From Candidatus Dojkabacteria bacterium (lineage in GTDB: Bacteria; Patescibacteriota; Dojkabacteria; B142; OLB20), in NCBI GenBank assembly GCA_046753765.1, contig JBHHUN010000005.1, positions 4,430-68,429 on the forward strand: DNA of 64,000 bases, written 5' to 3'. The translations under genes and the position numbers were made by a program. The notes below the pieces were generated by a model that saw only the letters and a program-made list of their open reading frames with translations, was not told the DNA's origin and made no database searches. Numbering within the stretch: position 1 is the first letter of the stretch; every line of letters begins with the position of its first letter. Positions 16,868 through 25,439 of the stretch are shown piece after piece.

Positions 16868-19393
16868 TTAAGTGTCGGGATTGTTTAACCCAAGCAGATC
16901 TCTAATTATCTCTAGTATCTGGTTCAGAATTTGTATGATAATGCTTTCCTCCTCATCGATTGGTTGTGGTTCGGGGACATCAAATGTTGGTGTAACCACG
17001 ACGTCCGTTGGCACTGGTTCAACGGTTGGTTCGGGTTGCTCCTCTGAAGGCTCCTCGTCGCATACATTTGTCCCCACATCTTTCCCCTGCCAGATCACAT
17101 AGTCTTGAACGTCATGAGCTTTGTTATAGATTGTGATCTGGTAAACCTTGCACGCGTCAGTCAATACATTATCGAAAGTGACAAAGGTACCGGTGAAGAT
17201 CTGGTTTGAGAGGCAGGCGATCTTTCCATTTGAATCTAAGGTAGTCTCGTTCTGCGAGCATTCGTGGACAGCTACACTTGGGCCGGTACAGTAGGCATCT
17301 TTATAGCATCCGATACATTGCTGCTGATGTTTATTCCAGTCGACGCGTCCACCCTGATCAATTACGACACCGCACACATTTGCAAAGTTGCCATTTTCTC
17401 TGTGTGGTGGAGTTGGTCTAGGCAGTGGTGTCACCGTTACAGCAGGAGGTTTGGTAGTTGTCGGCGTCGGGCTTGGTGGTGGTTTTGGTATGCAACGAGC
17501 TGTCCCAACAGAATCACCCCTCCAGACAACAAAATCTTTCAACACTCCCTCTGCATTGTACACATTGGCTCTGTAGATTGAGCAGCGATCTCTGAAAACG
17601 TCATTGAATCTGATGAATGATCCCATTGCCATTAATATTCCTTCACAGGTCACACCACCGTTCTCTCTGGCCTCCTCGGTGCAATGGAACACTTTAACAA
17701 TAGATCCTTGACAGGTTCCACTCTCTCGGCATCCGTTACAGAGTGGATTCTGTTCGTGTTCATCCCAGTTAGGAATATCATTAATTGCAGTACTGTCGCC
17801 ACAAACGTTAACTATCCTGCCAGGTCTTAATATAGGCGTAGGGGTTAATGTAGGCGTTGGTGTCACTGTAAGTGTAGGTGATACAGACGGCGTAACTGTC
17901 AGAGTTACGGTCGGTGTGGGAGTTGCCGATGGACCAATAGGTAAACATTTGTAAGCGGGGCAGGAGGCATCTAGCGGATCTCCATGGATCAGCACTTCGT
18001 TTGGTTTGCAGCCTGGTGGTGGTGGGCACGGTGTTGGTGTCGGTATTGGGACACAAGCATAGCCAGGGCAAGCACCTACAATTGGTGTACTTATAAGAGT
18101 TTCTCCCTCTTCGCACACAGGTGGTGTTGGACATACTGTCGGCGTAATTGCGATACAGGCGCACGTTGGACATCCTCCCACTACAGGTGTACACACTATT
18201 TGATACCCCACCGCGCATATCTGTAGCGCAGGACAATTTGTTGGGGTTGGGCTCGTTGAAACCGTGGGGGTTGGTGTGTTAGTCACGGTCGGAGCCAGGG
18301 TCAGGGTTGGAGTAGGTGTTGCAGTTTCACCAGGTGTCGTTGACGGAATAGGAGTGCTTGTAGGCGTTGGTGTATTAGTTGGAGTGGGTTGGTTTGGGTC
18401 ACACTCCGCTCCAATAATCCCAGGGTTTAGTTCAGCATCACTTAGGTGGTTATATACGAAGTTTGGGTCCGGGTTTGTTCCAAACGAGTTAAATAATAGA
18501 TATGCTTTCACCTTTCCGTCCAGCTTCATTAATCTGATCTCTTCTGCAAGCCTGGTCTTTGCCAGGTCGTGCGGGACTTTCGTGCCTGTCCAGCCAGGAT
18601 TTCTCTCTGATTCGAACATCCCTATCTCGGTCAAGTAGATATCGTCATTTTGGAAACCAGCACCACGAAGTCTGACCACGAAATCAGTTATCTCTTCTCC
18701 CAGCGAATAACCTTTAAGATTATAGGCATTCCCGGCGATCCCATCAAGATCTCCAAAGCGAGCTCCTGAACTTCTCATTTTGTCTACAAGTTGCTCGAAG
18801 CTTGGGTGTGTGAGGTTAAAAACAGGGGAGAGGAGTTTCACGTTGGATCTGTCGACACCATCAATCACAGCGTTCATGTAATCTGCTACCTTTGGTCCGA
18901 TAACGTTAAAGTCCCCTTGAGCTCCCCCAAGCCAATTCTCAGACATTGGTTCATTAGGTCCGGCAATAGCAAAGAATGTGTTGTTAGGGCCCACAATATC
19001 ACCAAGCTGGTTTAAGAAATCAACGTAAGTCTGAGGATTATTGAAATTACAATGGGATCCATAACATATTCGTATTATGGGAACAATCCCTCTGGTAAAA
19101 GCCCTGGGCATTGATTCCTGACCAAGACCCCACGACTGACTGGGAGATGTGGCCATCTCCAGGTAGTACCCCATGGAATTTGATTGGGCCCGGGTGAATT
19201 CACTTTCGGCATTTGGGCCCACCCATGCAAGGTTTATTCCCAGCTTTTTACATGTGGAGGGGACAACAACAGCAGCAGAACTCTCCTCGGGATCAATTCT
19301 GTTGGACTGGATGAGCGATAAACCAACGACCACAGAGGCTGCAGCAACTCCTACTACAATTACCAAACTAAGCGCCCGCCAGAATTTCCTCAT
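16868..19393 (-). CDS. Secreted modular protein: GH-A-clan-like TIM barrel, Pro/Thr linkers, Cys-rich repeats
   Basis: Signal anchor; AGPNEP (acid/base) and YLTEIG (nucleophile) motifs; three short Cys-rich units; two ~110-aa Cys-containing domains. Confidence 0.75.
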   Translation of the reverse strand: MRKFWRALSLVIVVGVAAASVVVGLSLIQSNRIDPEESSAAVVVPSTCKKLGINLAWVGPNAESEFTRAQSNSMGYYLEMATSPSQSWGLGQESMPRAFTRGIVPIIRICYGSHCNFNNPQTYVDFLNQLGDIVGPNNTFFAIAGPNEPMSENWLGGAQGDFNVIGPKVADYMNAVIDGVDRSNVKLLSPVFNLTHPSFEQLVDKMRSSGARFGDLDGIAGNAYNLKGYSLGEEITDFVVRLRGAGFQNDDIYLTEIGMFESERNPGWTGTKVPHDLAKTRLAEEIRLMKLDGKVKAYLLFNSFGTNPDPNFVYNHLSDAELNPGIIGAECDPNQPTPTNTPTPTSTPIPSTTPGETATPTPTLTLAPTVTNTPTPTVSTSPTPTNCPALQICAVGYQIVCTPVVGGCPTCACIAITPTVCPTPPVCEEGETLISTPIVGACPGYACVPIPTPTPCPPPPGCKPNEVLIHGDPLDASCPAYKCLPIGPSATPTPTVTLTVTPSVSPTLTVTPTPTLTPTPILRPGRIVNVCGDSTAINDIPNWDEHEQNPLCNGCRESGTCQGSIVKVFHCTEEARENGGVTCEGILMAMGSFIRFNDVFRDRCSIYRANVYNAEGVLKDFVVWRGDSVGTARCIPKPPPSPTPTTTKPPAVTVTPLPRPTPPHRENGNFANVCGVVIDQGGRVDWNKHQQQCIGCYKDAYCTGPSVAVHECSQNETTLDSNGKIACLSNQIFTGTFVTFDNVLTDACKVYQITIYNKAHDVQDYVIWQGKDVGTNVCDEEPSEEQPEPTVEPVPTDVVVTPTFDVPEPQPIDEEESIIIQILNQILEIIRDLLGLNNPDT

Positions 19394-19459
19394 GATGATA
19401 CGGTTTCCAGGTACAGAATAGCAATACAGGTGGCGGTGTCAAGGTTGTGGGTTTGTACA

Positions 19460-19713
19460 CTAGATTCGGAAGAAATCTTCAGGTTTTTGTCCAAGGCTAT
19501 GCGCGAGTTCCATCATCTCAACCTGTGTGGTCTCGATGTACTCAATTCCTCCATCCGAGAAGAGGGTACGAATTCCCGATCTTGAGTAAGACCACCCAGA
19601 TCGCAGATGTATAGAAGAGCTTTTCCGCGTTCTTGAAATTCGGTATAGACCTTCCATTGGTTAGTGGAGGGATCCTTTTCAGGAGATAGGGGTTGTAATG
19701 TCTCAATAGTCAT
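19460..19713 (-). pseudogene. Possible frameshifted small gene (ORFs 19513-19713 and 19460-19657)
   Basis: TATAAT 9 nt upstream of ATG 19713; protein-like sequence appears to switch frames near 19580. Confidence 0.3.
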
Positions 19714-19798
19714 GATATCTCAATTATATCATGTTATGCGGTCGTATACCCCGTATACCATTTCTGTTATAATCACGAAATGGAAAGTAAACTGTAGT

Positions 19799-21004
19799 AT
19801 GGCCACACCGCTCGCTGAAAAACTGAGACCCCAAAGATTAAAAGATTATGTTGGACAGGAGCACCTGGTAGGGAAGTCTAAACCTATTAACAAGATGCTT
19901 GAGCAGGGTAAAGTGGTTTCTATGATATTATGGGGGCCACCTGGCAGCGGAAAAACCACCCTTGGAAAGATAATTGCCAAAAAGGTAAAAGCGGAATTTA
20001 TTACCATTTCGGCTGTAACTAGTGGTGTTGCAGATCTGCGAAAGATCATCGAAGGGGCAAAACAAAGAGGGCAGTATTACAGCAATGACACAGTTCTCTT
20101 CATAGATGAAATTCACAGGTTTAACCGTGCTCAGCAGGACGCGCTTCTTCCCCACGTAGAGGACGGCACTATCACCCTGATTGGTGCAACAACCGAAAAC
20201 CCCGGATTTGAAGTTAACGCACCGTTAATCTCTCGAAGCCAGGTATATGTTTTAAACTCCCTCACTGAGAAAGATATCAAAAAGATCGTGAAAAAGGCCG
20301 CAGGGTATTACCCCATCCATAAATGGGATGCAAAGGCCATCAAGCACATAGTTAAACACTCAAATGGTGATGCCCGCACAGCAATAAATGCAGTGGAGCT
20401 TGCAGCCTCTATGTCTAAAAAAGTATCCCTGAAGATTGCTGAGGAAGCCCTTCAGAAAAAGGCGATCTTCTACGATAAGAAAGGCGACTCGCACTTCGAC
20501 ACCATCTCTGCGTTTATCAAAAGTATGCGCGGTGGCAGTCCTGATGCAACCCTCCACTATCTCTCAAGGATGATAAAGGCAGGTGAAGACCCAATGTTCA
20601 TTGCTAGAAGAATGGTGATCTTCGCCTCTGAAGATATAGGTAACGCCAAGCCAAATGCACTGGTGCTGGCAACAAGCTGTATGCAGGCGGTCCATATGAT
20701 TGGTATGCCTGAAGCTGGACTGTTACTTGCACAAACGGCAACGTATCTTGCAACCGCTCCCAAATCAATAGCATCTACTGTAGCACTTGGTAAAGCAATG
20801 TCGGATATAGAAGAGGAGAAACTTGACCCGATCCCTCTGCATCTAAGGAATGCTGCAAACAAAGTAATGAAAGAGCTGGACTACGGAAAAGGGCACGTTC
20901 GTTACCCCTGGCTTGAGAAAAAACAGACCGGAAAGGAGACTAAACAAGAGTATCTCCCCGAAAATCTAAAGGGACAGATCTACTATGAGCCTGACTGGAA
21001 CTAA
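19799..21004 (+). CDS. rarA: Replication-associated recombination protein A (RarA/MgsA, AAA+)
   Basis: [51 protein letters not shown]. Start re-called at 19799. Confidence 0.97.
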   Translation: MATPLAEKLRPQRLKDYVGQEHLVGKSKPINKMLEQGKVVSMILWGPPGSGKTTLGKIIAKKVKAEFITISAVTSGVADLRKIIEGAKQRGQYYSNDTVLFIDEIHRFNRAQQDALLPHVEDGTITLIGATTENPGFEVNAPLISRSQVYVLNSLTEKDIKKIVKKAAGYYPIHKWDAKAIKHIVKHSNGDARTAINAVELAASMSKKVSLKIAEEALQKKAIFYDKKGDSHFDTISAFIKSMRGGSPDATLHYLSRMIKAGEDPMFIARRMVIFASEDIGNAKPNALVLATSCMQAVHMIGMPEAGLLLAQTATYLATAPKSIASTVALGKAMSDIEEEKLDPIPLHLRNAANKVMKELDYGKGHVRYPWLEKKQTGKETKQEYLPENLKGQIYYEPDWN

Positions 21005-21467
21005 TCCTTCTCCCCCCATGGATCAAGATCCAAAAACAGGTGGTTCTAACAAGACAATGATGATGCTCATTGTAGGAGTTGTTATTGGAATAGTTCTTGG
21101 ATTTTTACTTGGTTATCTACTTCTTTTTAGAGAAGAGCTCGAAACCCCAGTTACTTACCTGGACGCTGTGAAGGTAGGCACGTTACCTGACAAGACTGAT
21201 ATTTACAGATATTCTCAAAGTCAGGTTGGAGAATCTAAGTTCGAAACTGAAGGAACGTGGGAATATGCGAATCACTATAGTACTGAGGCATGCGAGGTAC
21301 CAACTGCAGAATCAGAAACAGTCGATAGCCCTTGCGGCTATGGGGCCATGTACGTAGGGAACGATTACATTTCTGTAAGTTGTAAATCAGATACCAGTAC
21401 AGGACTGGAACGATGCGATGAAATCATGTTAGAAATGGACTTAAATACAAAAATCAAAGAGAGCTAA
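20985..21467 (+). CDS. Hypothetical single-pass membrane protein
   Basis: TM helix followed by a small domain with four Cys. Confidence 0.65.
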   Translation: MSLTGTNPSPPMDQDPKTGGSNKTMMMLIVGVVIGIVLGFLLGYLLLFREELETPVTYLDAVKVGTLPDKTDIYRYSQSQVGESKFETEGTWEYANHYSTEACEVPTAESETVDSPCGYGAMYVGNDYISVSCKSDTSTGLERCDEIMLEMDLNTKIKES

Positions 21468-21488
21468 GGTTTCTACGTAGAGGAATAC

Positions 21489-21516
21489 AATGCCCCCAAT
21501 AAATGGGGGCATTTTT
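21489..21516 (+). terminator. Intrinsic terminator after the rarA operon
   Basis: AATGCCCCCA-ATAAA-TGGGGGCATT followed by a T run. Confidence 0.8.
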
Positions 21517-21807
21517 CATGCCGACTCTAGAATTTAACAAGGAGGAAGTGCTAAAGGCTTGACTGGCAATACATATGGAGGTTTTGTAATAAATCTGCAA
21601 CACTACGTTTGTATAAGGTACTAAGCACCTCAATAAACGTCTTGCCAACATTGGACAAAATAGGCTACACTAATTCTGCTACTTTCTTAAGTAGTTCTTG
21701 ACATACGCCTTCTTTTTATGTTATAGAACTAACTGCTTGGCAAGTCAGAGAAACCTTTTGAAGATAACCTCTCTCAGTAAAAAGTAAATAAATAATTATG
21801 TAGAGAA

Positions 21808-21840
21808 ACGCACTCCAAATGTGCGTGTTTTTGTTTCTTT
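21808..21840 (+). promoter_or_regulatory. Terminator-like hairpin in the rpoB leader (possible attenuator)
   Basis: ACGCAC-TCCAAAT-GTGCGT followed by GTTTTTGTTTCTTT, downstream of TTGACA at 21698. Confidence 0.45.
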
Positions 21841-21905
21841 GTAGGGTTTTTCAGGCAAGATTGTTTAAAGGCTTTTTTATTTTAACCCAACTCGGTGCAA
21901 TAATA

Positions 21906-24900
21906 ATGGCTAAACAAATCACTCAAAGAATCTCTCTGGCAACGAAGGAACTAGCAACACTTTCTCCAAATCTGATAGAAACTCCTCTTCTCCTTTTTCA
22001 GGATCTAATCGAGAACGGAATCCAGGAGATATTTGAAGAGGTTAATCCTATAAGTGACTACACCGGGGAGTCATGGGAGCTCAGGTTCGAAGGTTTGGAA
22101 TGGGGTGACGATAATATGCCAATGATGAAGGCCCAAGGTTTAGGCCTCTCTTATGACAGGGCACTCTACGTAAACACAAAACTCATTAATAAAAAGACAG
22201 GCGAAATCAAAAAGCAAAAGCTTTTTGTTGCTGACCTCCCCGTGATGAGCCCATTTGGAACATTTGTCATTAATGGTCACGAACGCGTGGTTGTTATGCA
22301 GATCGTCAGGGCAGAAGGTGTGCTTTTTTTTAAGCAAAAATCCACAAGCGCCAAGATCCCACTGTATGCTGTGAAGCTCATGCCACTACGGGGAAGATGG
22401 TTTGACTTTGAGATTAACAGGCACGGAATAATGTCGGTCAAGCTTGTCGATAAAAGGCCAAGAATCCTACTGACGATACTGCTTAGAGCGCTTGGATACT
22501 CAAGCGACCATGACATCAAAAAGGCAGTAGGCGATGCAGACACCGGAGAAATTCGATTTCTTGAAAACACGCTTAAAAAGGACATCACGACCAATACAGA
22601 TGAGGCACTCCTCGAAATCTACCGCAAGCTCAGACCCGAAGACTCGGTAAATATTGAAAATGCAAGAGAATTCCTTGAAGGAATCTTTTTTAATAAAAGA
22701 AGGTTCTATCTTGGAAAGATCGGTAGGTATCAGCTTAATAAAAAACTTGGTGTTAAAAAAGATATCACTCCCGAAAACTTTGTTTTACATAAGGAGGACA
22801 TTGTACACATTATTAGGTCTCTTATTCAGCTAAACAATGGAACACTAGAAATTGATGATATCGATACGCTTGCCAACAGAAGAATAAGAGGAGTAGGCGA
22901 GCTTATCGGCGAGCGAATTAGAATGGGAGTATTACGGATGGAGAAGAATATCCGTGACAGAATGAGCACATACGGCTCTGAAGACTTGGTAACTCCTTCA
23001 CTTCTGGTAAATACCAAGCCGGTCATTGCAGCCATAAATCAGTTTTTTGGATCAAGTCCTGTGTCCAGGTACATGGACCAGGAGAATATATTGTCTGAGC
23101 TAGAAACCAAAAGAAGGATAACCGCAGGTGGTCCAAGAGGACTTACTAAAGAAAGAGCGACCTTCAGTGTGCGAGATGTTCACAGTTCACACTACTCAAA
23201 GCTATGTCCCGTAACGACTCCTGAGGGTCCGTCAATCGGAATTGTCTCGCATATGGCAGTATACGCAAAGATAAATGAGTTCGGCTTTATGGAGGCACCT
23301 TACAGAAGGGTTTTAAGTAACGTTGACCTGAATGATGAAACTCTCGATCATAAGCTGCTCGTAGGGCATACTCTCAGAGAAAATGTAGCCGATGAGTCGG
23401 GCAAAACCGTAGTTAAAAAAGGTACAAAACTCACGAAAGCAAGTATAGATAGCGTTAAAAAAGCGAATATCGCCAGTTTTAAGGTTGAGCCTTTCGTTAC
23501 AGAAGACATTGTCTACATGGACTCAAGCGAAGAGAGAAGATTCCGCATTGGCCCTGCAGACGTAGTGTACGACAAGGATGGAAAGCTTGCCGCAGATAAT
23601 ACATTTGTAAGAGTTCAGGGTGGATATAGAAAAGTCCCGGCTACAGAGCTAGACTTCATTGATATTAGTCCCGGCCAGATTGCCGGTCTTGGGTTGTCGC
23701 TTGTGCCATTTGCGTATAACGATGACCCTACCAGAACATTGATGGCCGCAAACATGCAACGTCAAGCGGTTCCTCTCCTCAAGCCAAAGGCCCCAATTGT
23801 GGGCACAGGTTACGAAAAGACTGTCGCCGAGGCCTCTGGGCGAACAATCTTTGCTCAACAGGATGGGGTGGTCACTGAAAGTGATGCTGACAGTATAACG
23901 GTAAAATACAAAGATAAAAGCAAAGTAAGGCACGATGTTATTAGGTTCCATAAGACTAACCAGAACACATCTTTCTCGCAGTCGCCAATGCTCAAGATGG
24001 GCGACAAGTTCAAAAGAGGTGATGTAATAATCGATGGACCATCAACCGAGAATGGTGAATTAGCACTTGGTGTTAACTTGAACGCTGCATACATGGTTTA
24101 CGAAGGGTACAATTACGAAGACGCAATCATTATCTCTGAAAGACTCGTCAAAGAAGACGTTCTTACATCGGTTCACGTTAAAGAGTACGTTCAGGATATC
24201 CGCGAAACAAAGCTCGGTAACGAACAGATCACTCGAGATATCCCCAATGTTGGCGAATACGCCCTTCGAAACCTCGACGAGGAAGGTATCGTCAGAGTAG
24301 GGGCCAGTGTTGGTTCGCAGGATATTTTGGTTGGAATAATTGCACCCAAGGGGGAGACTGAACTTACTGCAGAAGAAAAACTACTTAGGGCTATCTTTGG
24401 TGAATACGCACGTGATGTTCGCGATAACTCCCTCAGGCTACCACACGGTGACAAAGGTATAGTAATCGGTGTTCAGTTGCTCGATAAGGTTAAGGGGGAT
24501 AAATTAAACCCCGGAGTACTCAGGCAGGCAAAGGTCTGGGTGGCAAGAACGCAGAAAATATCTGTTGGGGACAAACTTACTGGAGTTCATGGTGACAAAG
24601 GAGTTATCTCGAAGATTCTTCCTGAAGAGGAGATGCCGTACATGAAAGACGGATCACCGATTGACATCATTCTCTCACCTATGTTTGTTAAAAGAATGAA
24701 TCTAGGACAGATCCGTGAGATGGAGACGGCAGCTCTGGCACAAAAGCTTGGAATCAAAGTTAGTGTGCCACCGTTTGCAAAGCTTGATCTTGATCAGCTG
24801 CACGAAATGGCAAAGAAGCAGAAAATCGAGTACACACCAAAACAAAAGCTATACGACGGTCGCACGGGACTACCATTTGATCAGGACGTACTTGTTGGCC

Positions 24901-25409
24901 CAAGATACTTCCTGAAGCTCAACCATCTGTCGTCAGATAAGCTGCATGCAAGATCAACTGGATCCTACACAATGGTTACACAGCAGCCGCTGGGTGGTAA
25001 GGCGCAGTTTGGTGGACAGAGGTTCGGAGAGATGGAAGTTTGGGCACTTGAAGCACATGCGGCAGTGCATAACCTGCAGGAGATGCTGACGATTAAATCA
25101 GATGATGTTGTTGGCCGTGCCAGCGCATACAAATCAATAATTCAGGGTGTACCTTTTGATGCACCCAACATCCCTGAGTCGTTCAAGGTGTTTATATCTG
25201 AGCTTCGGGCGTTAGGCCTCAATCTCGACCTAATTGATAAAGAGCAAGATGATATCGATGAGGCAGAGCTTGTTGAGGGCGTCGTAGATGAGGAAGAGAT
25301 AGCTGCTGAACACAAGGGGGACACGGAAGGTGATAAGAAGAAAGAAGAAGAGGACAGTGTTGAAATTAAAGAAACTCCCGACGAGGATACCTCGGCGGAA
25401 TCGAAATAG
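21906..25409 (+). CDS. rpoB: RNA polymerase beta subunit
   Basis: GTFVINGHERV, ANMQRQA, GYNYEDA, HARSTG, QPLGGKAQFGGQRFGEMEVWALEA. Start re-called at MAKQ (21906). Confidence 0.99.
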   Translation: MAKQITQRISLATKELATLSPNLIETPLLLFQDLIENGIQEIFEEVNPISDYTGESWELRFEGLEWGDDNMPMMKAQGLGLSYDRALYVNTKLINKKTGEIKKQKLFVADLPVMSPFGTFVINGHERVVVMQIVRAEGVLFFKQKSTSAKIPLYAVKLMPLRGRWFDFEINRHGIMSVKLVDKRPRILLTILLRALGYSSDHDIKKAVGDADTGEIRFLENTLKKDITTNTDEALLEIYRKLRPEDSVNIENAREFLEGIFFNKRRFYLGKIGRYQLNKKLGVKKDITPENFVLHKEDIVHIIRSLIQLNNGTLEIDDIDTLANRRIRGVGELIGERIRMGVLRMEKNIRDRMSTYGSEDLVTPSLLVNTKPVIAAINQFFGSSPVSRYMDQENILSELETKRRITAGGPRGLTKERATFSVRDVHSSHYSKLCPVTTPEGPSIGIVSHMAVYAKINEFGFMEAPYRRVLSNVDLNDETLDHKLLVGHTLRENVADESGKTVVKKGTKLTKASIDSVKKANIASFKVEPFVTEDIVYMDSSEERRFRIGPADVVYDKDGKLAADNTFVRVQGGYRKVPATELDFIDISPGQIAGLGLSLVPFAYNDDPTRTLMAANMQRQAVPLLKPKAPIVGTGYEKTVAEASGRTIFAQQDGVVTESDADSITVKYKDKSKVRHDVIRFHKTNQNTSFSQSPMLKMGDKFKRGDVIIDGPSTENGELALGVNLNAAYMVYEGYNYEDAIIISERLVKEDVLTSVHVKEYVQDIRETKLGNEQITRDIPNVGEYALRNLDEEGIVRVGASVGSQDILVGIIAPKGETELTAEEKLLRAIFGEYARDVRDNSLRLPHGDKGIVIGVQLLDKVKGDKLNPGVLRQAKVWVARTQKISVGDKLTGVHGDKGVISKILPEEEMPYMKDGSPIDIILSPMFVKRMNLGQIREMETAALAQKLGIKVSVPPFAKLDLDQLHEMAKKQKIEYTPKQKLYDGRTGLPFDQDVLVGPRYFLKLNHLSSDKLHARSTGSYTMVTQQPLGGKAQFGGQRFGEMEVWALEAHAAVHNLQEMLTIKSDDVVGRASAYKSIIQGVPFDAPNIPESFKVFISELRALGLNLDLIDKEQDDIDEAELVEGVVDEEEIAAEHKGDTEGDKKKEEEDSVEIKETPDEDTSAESK

Positions 25410-25439
25410 CTCTTAATTTAAACAGTTAGCCAATTTAAA

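Noticed and set aside
17830-18400. CRISPR or tandem DNA repeats in the GGTGTTGG-rich stretch
   Set aside because: These encode Pro/Thr linkers with synonymous variation; no repeat-spacer structure and no cas genes.
21779-21806. dif site (TTATGTAGAGA resembles an XerD arm)
   Set aside because: No XerC arm at the 6-nt spacing; match is explained by AT richness.
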